A DNA stretch of 64,000 nucleotides from positions 448,001 through 512,000 of the forward strand of contig OZ239628.1 of NCBI GenBank assembly GCA_965195345.1. Direction: 5' to 3'. The stretch is from an uncultured Thiomicrospira sp. (GTDB lineage Bacteria; Pseudomonadota; Gammaproteobacteria; CAKMZV01). Positions 41,090 to 50,638 of this stretch are shown here, in pieces (the stretch's first letter is position 1; each line of letters begins with the position of its first letter). Under the pieces are notes generated by a model. That model saw nothing but the letters and a program-made list of their open reading frames with translations. It had not been told where the DNA came from and did no database searches. The translations under genes were made by a program, and so were the position numbers.

Positions 41090-41638
41090 TTATTCAGACT
41101 TTTCGCCACCGCATTTGCCTTCACCGCATTTGCCTTCTTCAGACTTTTCGCCGCCGCATTTGCCTTCGCCGCATTTGCCTTCTTCAGACTTTTCGCCGCC
41201 GCATTTGCCTTCGCCGCATTTGCCTTCTTCAGACTTTTCGCCGCCGCATTTGCCTTCGCCGCATTTGCCTTCTTCAGACTTTTCGCCGCCGCATTTGCCT
41301 TCACCGCATTTGCCTTCTTCAGACTTTTCGCCGCCGCATTTGCCTTCACCGCATTTGCCTTCTTCAGACTTTTCGCCGCCGCATTTGCCTTCGCCGCATT
41401 TGCCTTCTTCAGACTTTTCGCCGCCACATTTGCCTTCGCCGCATTTGCCTTCTTCAGACTTTTCGCCGCCGCATTTGCCTTCGCCGCATTTGCCTTCTTC
41501 AGTTTTGTTTCCAAATGCTACTTCGTAGCCAGAAGAAAGTTCATTCATTTCAAAAGTTGCTTGATCTGCAAGTGCAACTGTTGCCGCAATAGAAGAACCT
41601 GCCATTAGAAAGGAAGAAATTACAGTAGTCTTTTTCAT
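41090..41638 (-). CDS. hvfA: HvfA/BufA2-type RiPP metallophore precursor, signal peptide plus 9 x EEGKCGEGKCGGEKS
   Basis: GGAGG SD before ATG 41638; Sec signal (ALA-D); F.MNELSSGY motif; EGKCG repeats; all repeat-unit differences are synonymous in this frame; adjacent DUF692/DUF2063 genes. Confidence 0.9.
   Translation of the reverse strand: MKKTTVISSFLMAGSSIAATVALADQATFEMNELSSGYEVAFGNKTEEGKCGEGKCGGEKSEEGKCGEGKCGGEKSEEGKCGEGKCGGEKSEEGKCGEGKCGGEKSEEGKCGEGKCGGEKSEEGKCGEGKCGGEKSEEGKCGEGKCGGEKSEEGKCGEGKCGGEKSEEGKCGEGKCGGEKSE
41096..41500. repeat. Nine tandem 45-bp coding repeats
   Basis: Unit AGACTTTTCGCCGCCGCATTTGCCTTCGCCGCATTTGCCTTCTTC with few G/A variants. Confidence 0.95.
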
Positions 41639-41837
41639 GTTGAACACCTCCAAATGTGTTTTCTTTAAATTTTCAGATTCTCTAAATTGGTAGAATCTTG
41701 GGGCTAATTATAAGCGTTTTCAAAATTCAATATTGAATCGTTTCGTGAGTTTTAATACGTTTTGTTTGCAGGTATCCCTTTTATTTTCAAATTAAATTTG
41801 ATATTTTTTCATCTGCGCGACAAATTAAGTGCTACTG

Positions 41838-42602
41838 CTAATTGGTTATTGGAATTCCTAACACCATACCATCCTTCATGCCTTTAAGGAGTAGGGGAAT
41901 GATTTGAGTTTCTAATTCTGCGCTTGTTTTGTTAAAGTTTTCAGCTAACACTTCAATCGCTTGTTTCGTTGTCATATCAGGATTGTTCTTTATTAAATCC
42001 CAGAAAATAGCAGTGAATGAGTTGACAGCAATAAAGCAAACTTTGTTGCTATGATTGCGATAAAGAATAAGAAATGTTTCTGCTGGCTCAATTGAATCTG
42101 CATTTTTTGCAGTTATGTGTTGGACAGGGTATGTGTAATGTTCGATGAGCATAACAGAGTTAAGCAACAAAGGGCTGTTAAGAAGCTTTTCGTCATTATG
42201 AGAAATTAAATGTTCGGGGACTTCTGGGTCTTCATGTATCATCAAATACAGTTCAAGCCATTCGTATCGAGCTAATTGCTCAAAGAAGCCATGCACACCG
42301 TCTTGAGGATGCTTTGCTATAAAGTCAAGAAAAGCTTTGGGGATTTGTCGGAAGTATGGCGAATGGTTTTCATACGTGGAGAAGAATGCTCTAACCATTT
42401 CTCGAATTCTATTCTCACCATAAATGCTAGTAATTACGGGGAAGGTGTTGACAATAAAATTGACTTGATTGTTGAAAAAAAGATCTCGGTAGATAGAGAG
42501 CCTTCGATCTTCAAGGTTTTCTGGTGCGGGATTGTTTTCGGGGTCACGAATGTGTGCTGCAAAGTTGTATTGCAACTGTCGAAAGTCAGAAGTCTTCGTC
42601 AT
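41838..42602 (-). CDS. hvfC: HvfC/BufC (DUF2063) RiPP recognition partner
   Basis: FRQLQYNFAAHIRDP, EDRRLSIYRDLFFNN, FPV, SPYF..I...F, LARYEWLEL. Confidence 0.85.
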   Translation of the reverse strand: MTKTSDFRQLQYNFAAHIRDPENNPAPENLEDRRLSIYRDLFFNNQVNFIVNTFPVITSIYGENRIREMVRAFFSTYENHSPYFRQIPKAFLDFIAKHPQDGVHGFFEQLARYEWLELYLMIHEDPEVPEHLISHNDEKLLNSPLLLNSVMLIEHYTYPVQHITAKNADSIEPAETFLILYRNHSNKVCFIAVNSFTAIFWDLIKNNPDMTTKQAIEVLAENFNKTSAELETQIIPLLLKGMKDGMVLGIPITN

Positions 42603-43474
42603 ACGTTTACAACAATAGGTTGGTCTGCCTGTAAGTGCTTTCTTTGCAAATCATTTATAACGTTTATTTCTTTGAGCAATGTTTCTAAATTAGGAATGTT
42701 GAAGTCGCGTTCAAGCAGTGTCGGATGTACTCCGAAAAGATCATATGCACTATCGAGTAGATCCCAAACGGGATCAATTACATCGGCGCCATGTGTATCA
42801 ACGATCAGATCTTCGGCCTCTTGGTAGTGTCCAGCAACATGGATGTAGGCGATGCGATCGCCATTGATTCCTTTGAGGAATTCAAGCCCATCGTAACGAT
42901 GATTTACTGAATTAACATAGATATTATTAACGTCTAACAGCATGAGGCAGTCGGCTTCTTCAAGAACGCCATTGATGAAGTCTATTTCTTTTATTTGCTG
43001 ACCAGGTGCTGCGTAATAAGAGACATTCTCGATGGCAATTTGACGCCCCATGATATCCTGTGCAACCCGAATGCGTGATGCCACGTGTTTTATGGCTTCT
43101 TCGGTGAATGGTATTGGCATTAAATCATAAAGATGCGCATTGTCAGTACAGAAACTTAAGTGTTCACTGAAAAAGTTCACTTTGTTTTTATCAAGAAATT
43201 TTGCCACGTCGGAAACAAATTTTTTGTCCAAAGGATTTGGTCCGCCAAGAGACATAGACAGTCCATGGCAAACAAACTGATAGTTTTCTGTAAACCAAGC
43301 AAATTGTTCGCCTAATCGCCCACCTATGTTCATCCAATTCTCAGGTGCTACTTCAAGAAATCCCACCCCTTTAGGCATATCTTTGCGCATTGGTCGAAGC
43401 ATTTCTTGACGCAAACCAAGTCCTGCGCCGTTGAGATTGGAAAGGGCTGAATTTTTATGTTGTTGTTTCTTCAT
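42599..43474 (-). CDS. hvfB: Multinuclear non-heme iron oxidase (DUF692; HvfB/BufB)
   Basis: GAGLGLR, EVAPENW, HGLSMSLG, SEHLS, YDLMP, IENVSYY, LLDVNN.YVN..NH, HVAGH, DTHG, LERD. Confidence 0.93.
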   Translation of the reverse strand: MKKQQHKNSALSNLNGAGLGLRQEMLRPMRKDMPKGVGFLEVAPENWMNIGGRLGEQFAWFTENYQFVCHGLSMSLGGPNPLDKKFVSDVAKFLDKNKVNFFSEHLSFCTDNAHLYDLMPIPFTEEAIKHVASRIRVAQDIMGRQIAIENVSYYAAPGQQIKEIDFINGVLEEADCLMLLDVNNIYVNSVNHRYDGLEFLKGINGDRIAYIHVAGHYQEAEDLIVDTHGADVIDPVWDLLDSAYDLFGVHPTLLERDFNIPNLETLLKEINVINDLQRKHLQADQPIVVNV

Positions 43475-43857
43475 TAGGGTACGCTCTATCTGTTATCAAT
43501 GATTTTACAAATTTTTAACTAGTATAACTTAATTTGATTTAAAAAAATACGTCCATTTTCAGTATATCCCTGCATGTCAAAACAATAAAAGCAGGTGCAA
43601 ATTTTATACTGAGACAATACTGAGACAAATGGATTCAAAGAATCTGTATTCGATTAATCTAACTGCTTAAAAAGCCAGATTGTGTTCCAAGAATGGGGCT
43701 AACAGAATGCTTTCATACAGCACATGATAAAACGGCAAGTATCAAAATATACGCGTATGTACCAAGCATAAAAGCTGTTATAATCTGAAAGAACTTAGTC
43801 TGTAGGGCTTTGGGCGTGGTGGTCTTGTGTCTTAATATTTAATTAGGGAGTAGTGTT

Positions 43858-45366
43858 TTGGAATGGTTTAATGATCTATTAATTGCATCAAATGTAATAG
43901 TAACTGTACTTGTTAAGTTATTTGGGTTTGTCGTCGGCTTGGTCGTCTTAGCGATTGTGGTCGTTTTTATTCGAGATGTTACGCAAACACAGCAAGCTAT
44001 CAGACGAAATTATCCGGTTGTGGCGCATTTTCGCTACTTTTTTGAAGCGTTAGGTAAATTTTTCCGACAGTACTTTTTTGCAATGGATAGGGAAGAAATG
44101 CCTTTTAATCGCTCACATCGTACTTGGGTTTACCAAGCGTCAAAGAACGTTGATACTACTCAAGCTTTTGGTTCAACACGCAATATTCATGAGGAAAATG
44201 CTATTTTGTTTGTTAATTCAGCCTATCCTTCATTGAAGCCTTCAGTAGATGCACGACCCTGCACTTTAGGAGAAGGTTACTGTAAATATCCTTTTGAAGC
44301 CAAATCGGCATTTAATATTTCTGGTATGAGTTATGGTGCTCTATCAAAGCCTGCTGTTTTAGCGCTGTCTAATGGTGCGCGCAAAGCAGGATGTTGGCAA
44401 AACACAGGAGAGGGAGGGTTGTCTCCTTACCACATTGAAGGCGGTGCAGATATTGTTTTTCAAATAGGGACAGCAAAGTATGGGTGTCGTGATAGTGAAG
44501 GAAATTTGAGCGATGAAAAATTAATGGGCTTGGCAAGTAATGAAAAAGTTCGTATGTTTGAAATCAAACTGTCGCAAGGAGCTAAACCTGGCAAGGGAGG
44601 GATACTTCCAGCGGTGAAGGTTAATGAGGAGATTGCTGAGATTAGAGGTATTCCAATTCATACAGATTCGATTAGCCCTAATAGGCATTTAGACATTGAG
44701 AGTGTTGATCAATTGCTTGATATGATTATGCGTGTTCGTAAAGTAACTGAAAAGCCTGTAGGATTTAAAGCAGTAATGGGTGATGAGTTTTGGATAGATG
44801 AAGTGTGTCAAAGAATCGTTGAACGCGGATTGGATTCTGCTCCAGATTTTGTGACAATAGATAGCGCAGATGGTGGAACAGGTGCAGCCCCATTGAGTTT
44901 GATTGATTATGTTGGTATGCCTATTTCAGATTCTTTACCGATAGTGGTCAATGTTATTGAAAAACATAAGTTACGGGATCGGATAAAGGTGATTTGCTCA
45001 GGTAAGCTTATTACTCCTGCAGATGCTACATGGGCATTGTGTGCGGGGGCAGATTTCGTAGTATCAGCGCGTGGTTTTATGTTTTCTCTTGGTTGTATAC
45101 AAGCACTGCATTGCAATCGCAATACTTGCCCAACAGGCATAACTACCCACAAAAAACATCTACAACGAGGGCTAGTTCCTATGGAAAAAGCGGAAAGGGT
45201 TGCAAATTATGTCAAAAACATGACATACGAGATGCAAGTCATCGCTCATTCATGTGGCGTTGATGATATGCGTGATTTAAAGAGACATCATTGCAGGATT
45301 GTTCAACAGAATGGACGTTCAATCCGTATGGATGAAATTTATTCACCTATTAAATTAGCGTCTTAG
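43858..45366 (+). CDS. FMN-binding glutamate synthase family protein with N-terminal membrane anchor
   Basis: RRNYPV, NISGMSYGALS, NTGEGG, EIKLSQGAKPGKGG, DGGTGAAP, CIQALHC..N.CPTG. Confidence 0.9.
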   Translation: MEWFNDLLIASNVIVTVLVKLFGFVVGLVVLAIVVVFIRDVTQTQQAIRRNYPVVAHFRYFFEALGKFFRQYFFAMDREEMPFNRSHRTWVYQASKNVDTTQAFGSTRNIHEENAILFVNSAYPSLKPSVDARPCTLGEGYCKYPFEAKSAFNISGMSYGALSKPAVLALSNGARKAGCWQNTGEGGLSPYHIEGGADIVFQIGTAKYGCRDSEGNLSDEKLMGLASNEKVRMFEIKLSQGAKPGKGGILPAVKVNEEIAEIRGIPIHTDSISPNRHLDIESVDQLLDMIMRVRKVTEKPVGFKAVMGDEFWIDEVCQRIVERGLDSAPDFVTIDSADGGTGAAPLSLIDYVGMPISDSLPIVVNVIEKHKLRDRIKVICSGKLITPADATWALCAGADFVVSARGFMFSLGCIQALHCNRNTCPTGITTHKKHLQRGLVPMEKAERVANYVKNMTYEMQVIAHSCGVDDMRDLKRHHCRIVQQNGRSIRMDEIYSPIKLAS

Positions 45367-45423
45367 TTTATTTAGAAGTTGGTGGTTTTTTTAGTTAGAA
45401 ATTGAAAAATTGGAGAAAAGTTT

Positions 45424-46002
45424 ATGAATGTTTTGATTGGTATGCAGGAAATGTTAGATCGCTTGAAGGTACTTGATTTTTTAGCTCCTTTAATGATGAG
45501 ATTATATTTGGCCCCTGTTTTTTGGTTTGCTGGATACAATAAGTTTCAAGGGTTTAGCGGAGTTGTTGCCTGGTTTGATAGGGGGCTTGGGCTTCCATTG
45601 CCAGAAGTAATGGCATTTCTAGCTACTGCTACAGAACTGTTGGGAGCTGCAATGTTGCTTGCTGGATTTGGAGTGCGTTGGGTTTCTGTTCCTTTGATGA
45701 TTACAATGTTAGTGGCTATTTTTGCGGTTCATTGGAACAATGGGTGGCAAGCGGTACTCGACCCTCAATCACCATGGGCTCCTGAGTATGCGGCTGATGG
45801 CATTGCTCGTTTGAGTAGAGGTAAAGATATACTGAGAGAACATGGTAATTACGATTGGCTAACTGAATACGGAAGTTATGTGGTTTCTAACAACGGAATA
45901 GAGTGGGGCGCTACTTATTTTATAATGTTGTTGGCATTGTTCTTTATGGGTTCTGGTGCTATTAGTATTGATGCTTTGGTACGAAGAATATTTATGCGTT
46001 AG
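45424..46002 (+). CDS. DoxX-family membrane protein (HvfX-like RiPP accessory)
   Basis: DFLAPL..RLYLAPVFW.AG.NK, LGLPLP, AVHWNNGW, IL.EHGNY.WL, NNGIE. Confidence 0.82.
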   Translation: MNVLIGMQEMLDRLKVLDFLAPLMMRLYLAPVFWFAGYNKFQGFSGVVAWFDRGLGLPLPEVMAFLATATELLGAAMLLAGFGVRWVSVPLMITMLVAIFAVHWNNGWQAVLDPQSPWAPEYAADGIARLSRGKDILREHGNYDWLTEYGSYVVSNNGIEWGATYFIMLLALFFMGSGAISIDALVRRIFMR

Positions 46003-46010
46003 TTTGAAAA

Positions 46011-46520
46011 GTGCTCCAAGATCAGTTATTAAAATATTTTAAAGAGACGCCCGATTTTCCTAAACCAGGAATTGTTTTTCAGGACTTTAGTCCGCTGTTG
46101 AGAGACAACTTGACATTGTGTGTCGACGCTTTGCAGGCATTATTTGATGATGAAGAGTGGCAACGGGTTGACTTTTTAGTTGGTGTTGAGTCTCGAGGAT
46201 TTATTTTAGCCAGTGCGCTAGCAAATCGGCTTGAAAAAGGATTGGTGCTGGCTAGAAAAGCTGGGAAATTACCTCAGCCTGCAGATAGAGTAGCATACTA
46301 TTTGGAGTATGGGGAGGCTGTATTAGAGATGAATGCTGGAGAAGGACAGAATGTACTCATCGTGGATGACGTTCTGGCTACAGGTGGTACACTAGAAGCA
46401 GCGTTTCAGTTGTGTGAAAAAGTTGGATATATACCCGTTGGGGCAGCTCTGTTGATGGATTTAAATTTGCCTGTACGCTCTACTTTAAATCGAGATTATA
46501 GATCTGCCATTAAAATGTAG
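46011..46520 (+). CDS. apt: Adenine phosphoribosyltransferase
   Basis: PDFPKPGIVF.D, ESRGF, RKAGKLP, LEYG, VDDVLATGGT. Confidence 0.93.
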   Translation: MLQDQLLKYFKETPDFPKPGIVFQDFSPLLRDNLTLCVDALQALFDDEEWQRVDFLVGVESRGFILASALANRLEKGLVLARKAGKLPQPADRVAYYLEYGEAVLEMNAGEGQNVLIVDDVLATGGTLEAAFQLCEKVGYIPVGAALLMDLNLPVRSTLNRDYRSAIKM

Positions 46521-46532
46521 GAGTTTTAAGTT

Positions 46533-47054
46533 ATGCCGATGTTAGATAGTTTTAAGGTAGACCACACAAAGATGATTGCCCCTGCTTTACGTGTGGCTAA
46601 AAGTATGATATCACCTTCTGGAGACGAAATTACAGTTTATGATTTGCGCTTTACGCGACCCAATCATGATATGTTATCGGTTTTGGGTATTCATACGTTG
46701 GAACATTTATTTGCTGGAATGATGCGCAAACATCTGAATGATAAAAGTATTGATATCATAGATCTCTCTCCAATGGGCTGTCGAACAGGTTTCTATATGA
46801 GCTTGATTGGGACGCCTGAAAATCATCAAGTTATTGAGGCTTGGAAAAAATCGATGCAAGATGTGTTGTTAGTGGAAAAACAAGAAGACATCCCTGAATT
46901 AAATATTTATCAATGTGGCTCTTATAAAATGCATTCTCTTGCTGATGCCAAGTCTATAGCGCAAGAGGTTCTCGATTCAGGTATTGGTATTAATGATAAT
47001 GATGCTTTATCCTTAAGTGAAGCGCAACTAATAGAGCTGGGGAATGATGTTTAA
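46533..47054 (+). CDS. luxS: S-ribosylhomocysteine lyase (AI-2 synthase)
   Basis: [35 protein letters not shown]. Confidence 0.96.
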   Translation: MPMLDSFKVDHTKMIAPALRVAKSMISPSGDEITVYDLRFTRPNHDMLSVLGIHTLEHLFAGMMRKHLNDKSIDIIDLSPMGCRTGFYMSLIGTPENHQVIEAWKKSMQDVLLVEKQEDIPELNIYQCGSYKMHSLADAKSIAQEVLDSGIGINDNDALSLSEAQLIELGNDV

Positions 47055-47737
47055 TGGCTATATTAATCATAGCGGCTCTTGAAGAGGAAACGCAAGCTTT
47101 TTTTGAGGTAATAGAGGATAGAAACGCATTTTTTGTGCTGGGCAGTCCAGTATCTACAGGCAAAATTAATAATAAAAAAGTGGTTGTAGCACAGTGCGGA
47201 GTGGGTAAAGTAAACGCAGCAGCTTTGACTGCCTCGTTAATTGAGCGATTTGAAATAACTTTAATCATTAATACTGGTTGTGCGGGCGGAGTGCACGAAA
47301 AGGTTTCAATAGGAGACGTAGTCGTTGCAGATAAATTATTCCAGCATGACGTTGATGTTCAAGCTCTAGGGTATGAAAAAGGTTTCGTTCCAGGAACAGG
47401 TAAAACATTTTTTGCGGATCGCAATACGTCGGAACTGTTGTTTGCGCATGCTGCAAAACTTTTTAAGGCGCATCGCGGTGGCATAGCGTCGGGTGATCAG
47501 TTTGTCTCCACTTCTGCAATGTTAGAACCACTGAGTGCAGAGAAGGATTTATATGCAGTTGAAATGGAAGGTGCAGCGATTGCTCATGTGGCGTTTTTGG
47601 ATAAATGCCCATGTGCAGTTATTCGAGCTATATCTGATAAAGCAGATTCAGATGCCCAAGAAGACTTTCCTTCATTTGTAAGTCGCGTCAGTCAAAAGTC
47701 AGCAAAAGTAGTAATTGATACAATAAATGATCTTTAG
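47054..47737 (+). CDS. mtnN: 5'-methylthioadenosine/SAH nucleosidase
   Basis: GVGKVNAA, INTGCAGG, SGDQF, VEMEGAAIAHV, RAISD. Confidence 0.93.
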   Translation: MAILIIAALEEETQAFFEVIEDRNAFFVLGSPVSTGKINNKKVVVAQCGVGKVNAAALTASLIERFEITLIINTGCAGGVHEKVSIGDVVVADKLFQHDVDVQALGYEKGFVPGTGKTFFADRNTSELLFAHAAKLFKAHRGGIASGDQFVSTSAMLEPLSAEKDLYAVEMEGAAIAHVAFLDKCPCAVIRAISDKADSDAQEDFPSFVSRVSQKSAKVVIDTINDL

Positions 47738-47803
47738 TTGCTGCGGGACTAATAAAACAAAGAGCGTTATAGCTATTTATAAACATTATTCATTCAAATA
47801 ATT

Positions 47804-49888
47804 ATGGGAAAAGTAAAGTACAAAAAGCATCAAACTGAATTAAAAGCTAACCACAATAGGCTAGACGGTGATATTTCAGATTCTAAAAAGATGCCGAACA
47901 GCAATGATTCAGGGGAACTTGTTTTTTCTCAAAGAGCACCAGCCATCGGAAAGTTGTGGATTATAGGAATGTGTGCAGCTTTGTTTGCTCCAACCTTATT
48001 TGCCCCACTTTTTACAAAATATGGTTATTCTCCAGATCTTCATATGTCATTTATGATTCAGGTAAGCATGTTGACACTTGCTAGCATATTTTTTTTGGGG
48101 CACATAAAACAAAGAGAGATTGTATTTGTTAAAAACCCTCTTATTTTACCTGTCTTGCTATTCTATGGTTGGGCATTGATTTCGATTTTTTGGGCACACA
48201 ATCGATTTGAAAGTATGATCTCATTGCTTGACTGGGGAGCTGGGGTTGTTGGGTTTTTATTGATTTCTAATGCTTTGCGCAAACCCGAAGACACACGAAT
48301 TATTGTTCAGGCTATCTTTTTAACTGGAGTGCTTTTGGGATTTTTGGGTTGGAACCAATATTTGCTTGGTGTCACTTGGGTTCAACAACATGCTCCTCCA
48401 TCGGCAACGTTCAATAATAAAAATATGGCGGCTCAGTACGGGGTTTTAGTCATGCCGTTAGGGATAGGATTATTTTTATCAGCTCGTGAACGATTTTCTT
48501 ATTGGGCTTATGCTATCGGGACGGCAATTGTTTTCGTATTCGTAATGTACACGTTTACTCGTAATGCATATCTAAACCTTATTGGTGTATTTTCCGCTTT
48601 AACTGTTTTTCTAATTGTTGATAAGTTAAGGGGTACAGCGGAACACTTCTCGCGAGAAAAGAAGATGGTGGCGCTTTTGGCAGTGCTTCTGGCTTTTTTC
48701 ATGCTAATGTTGGGACCTTCACAAAGCGGTGGCATTAGTTGGTATGGATTAGATGCGTACGTAAACTATAATGAACGTTTTCAAAGCATTGGCCCTGCAG
48801 CTAAGCTTGATGGAACAGGCGTTCCTAGAATTGCTATGTGGTTTAATTCTTTGGAAATGATTAAAGAGCACCCTCTTTTAGGCGTTGGAATGGGAAATTG
48901 GATGGTCTATTATCCTCTGTATCAAACTTCCTCTATCATTGATTTTGAAATGTCTGAGGCAATTCAGCATATTAATGCGCACAATGATTATGTGGAAATA
49001 TTATCCGATTTGGGAATAATTGGTTTTTCTTTTCTTTTATTTCTCGGTGTTAGATTGTTTTGGACAGCTATTAAAACTTTTTATGGACGATGGGATAATA
49101 ATCCTAATAGATATTTAGTATTAGGGGTTTTATTAGGTTGCATGGGTATCGGTATTAATGCATTTTTCAGTTTTCCATTCAAGCAACCTGCCCCTATTAT
49201 GGTTTTTCTTGCGTATTTAGGTATTCTTGCGGTGGAATATTCACGTGTAACAGACGCAAAACTTTGGAGATTTAAGGCGGCCTCAAGAGCAGCAGCTGTG
49301 GGAATGGTATTGTCTATTCTTACTGTCAGTGTATTTGTTGTACACTACCAGTGGAATGAATCTGAAATACATTTTCGTAAAGCAACTATAGCATCTCATC
49401 AGAAAAAATATCATGAGATGAAGCGTGAAGGTCAGCTCTCTCACGATGCAATGCCTTTAAGAAATAGGATGTATAACTTTATTGGGATGGGGCATTTGCG
49501 CACGGGCAATGCAGAAGCTGCAGCCAAATACTTGGAATTGGTGAAGAAAAGCTATCCAAATCGGAATAATACTTTACAAAATCTTGGGTATATTTACTTG
49601 GAATTAGCTGAAGATGCTCGTCGTAAAAACGATGCTGTCAAATATAAGTCTTTTTTAGAAAAAGCCCTTGAAAATTTCACTCATATGGTGGATATACGAC
49701 CAGATAGTTATCGAGCCCATCGTAATCTTGGAATTACATATGTTCGATTAAATCAGCCGAAACCAGCGTACATTCATCTTGAAACATCTGTTGCTATTGA
49801 ACGTGCTAATGGTAATTTAAATGCAGGAAATGGGAGCATTAATAACTTGATTCAGCAACTTAAGACGCAAGTGAAAGCCAAAGGATGA
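47804..49888 (+). CDS. O-antigen ligase/O-oligosaccharyltransferase-family membrane protein with C-terminal TPRs
   Basis: Many TM segments, ATFNNKN, PRIAMW..HPLLGVG.GN, AHNDYVE..SDLGIIG; TPR-like helices at the C-terminus. Confidence 0.8.
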   Translation: MGKVKYKKHQTELKANHNRLDGDISDSKKMPNSNDSGELVFSQRAPAIGKLWIIGMCAALFAPTLFAPLFTKYGYSPDLHMSFMIQVSMLTLASIFFLGHIKQREIVFVKNPLILPVLLFYGWALISIFWAHNRFESMISLLDWGAGVVGFLLISNALRKPEDTRIIVQAIFLTGVLLGFLGWNQYLLGVTWVQQHAPPSATFNNKNMAAQYGVLVMPLGIGLFLSARERFSYWAYAIGTAIVFVFVMYTFTRNAYLNLIGVFSALTVFLIVDKLRGTAEHFSREKKMVALLAVLLAFFMLMLGPSQSGGISWYGLDAYVNYNERFQSIGPAAKLDGTGVPRIAMWFNSLEMIKEHPLLGVGMGNWMVYYPLYQTSSIIDFEMSEAIQHINAHNDYVEILSDLGIIGFSFLLFLGVRLFWTAIKTFYGRWDNNPNRYLVLGVLLGCMGIGINAFFSFPFKQPAPIMVFLAYLGILAVEYSRVTDAKLWRFKAASRAAAVGMVLSILTVSVFVVHYQWNESEIHFRKATIASHQKKYHEMKREGQLSHDAMPLRNRMYNFIGMGHLRTGNAEAAAKYLELVKKSYPNRNNTLQNLGYIYLELAEDARRKNDAVKYKSFLEKALENFTHMVDIRPDSYRAHRNLGITYVRLNQPKPAYIHLETSVAIERANGNLNAGNGSINNLIQQLKTQVKAKG

Positions 49889-50419
49889 TTGTTCCTTGTA
49901 AATTCAAACTTTTTAAGTAATTGTAACTCGGAGTTGTTTTAATCTATATTGACTTGTTTAGTCTGATTAAATAGCAAATTCGTTACCACATGGTTCTTGA
50001 AAGTGGAAACGAAGTCCTCAAGGGAAAGAATAGATTGATTAATCTGACTATCAGCTTTTCCTATTGTGTTCTATCATTTATTGTTGTAGAAAATGCGTTG
50101 TGTTCGGTGTCATAGCCATTAAAAGCCCAACCAAAATACACTAAAGGAAGTTCTGGTTTTTTATCTCAGAACTTGGAAATTCAATGTGATTTATTTGTTC
50201 GTGTCCATGCATAATATTCTTTAAAAAAAGTAGTTTCGTGGTTAAGCGTTTAAGGGTTGTAATATGTGACTATATTATCGTGTTTTACGTTGTTTTTTCG
50301 TTATTTTGAATCCAAAGCGATTAGAGGTGCGTAATAGAGGCAAATGTTTTTCAGGTAGATGGGATTATTAACAATCTCACCGACCTGAGCAGAACCAGCT
50401 GGATAAGTTTTATAAATGG

Positions 50420-50454
50420 TTGACAAGTAGGCGCAAGGGGCATACAATGCGCCC
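50420..50454 (+). promoter_or_regulatory. Sigma70 promoter of the str operon with GC-rich discriminator
   Basis: TTGACA (50420)-17 bp-TACAAT (50443) followed by GCGCCC. Confidence 0.8.
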
Positions 50455-50638
50455 ACTTTTTAATTGGATACATTTACAGTGTAAATGGCATGCTGTTCTG
50501 TAATGCTTTATTAAAGAATAGATTTAAGAAAGGATTGTTGAAATATTGGTAGGTGTAAGCTTGCCCGTTGTATTTTGCAAGACAAGATGGTATTAGGTGC
50601 GCACGACGACGCATTCACGATTTTAATATGGAGATTTG

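Noticed and set aside
41096-41500. Possible CRISPR array
   Set aside because: Units are contiguous 45-bp tandem repeats with no unique spacers, no cas genes, and they encode the RiPP core
41073-41528. Histone-like KKANAAKA ORF (41080-41514, -) and Pro/His-rich ORF (+)
   Set aside because: Shadow frames of a stop-free repeat; the EGKCG frame has the SD, signal peptide and family context, and the variants are non-synonymous in the KKANA frame
41740-41795. ECF sigma promoter upstream of the RiPP precursor (CGTATT on the minus strand)
   Set aside because: No convincing -35 element at a proper spacing
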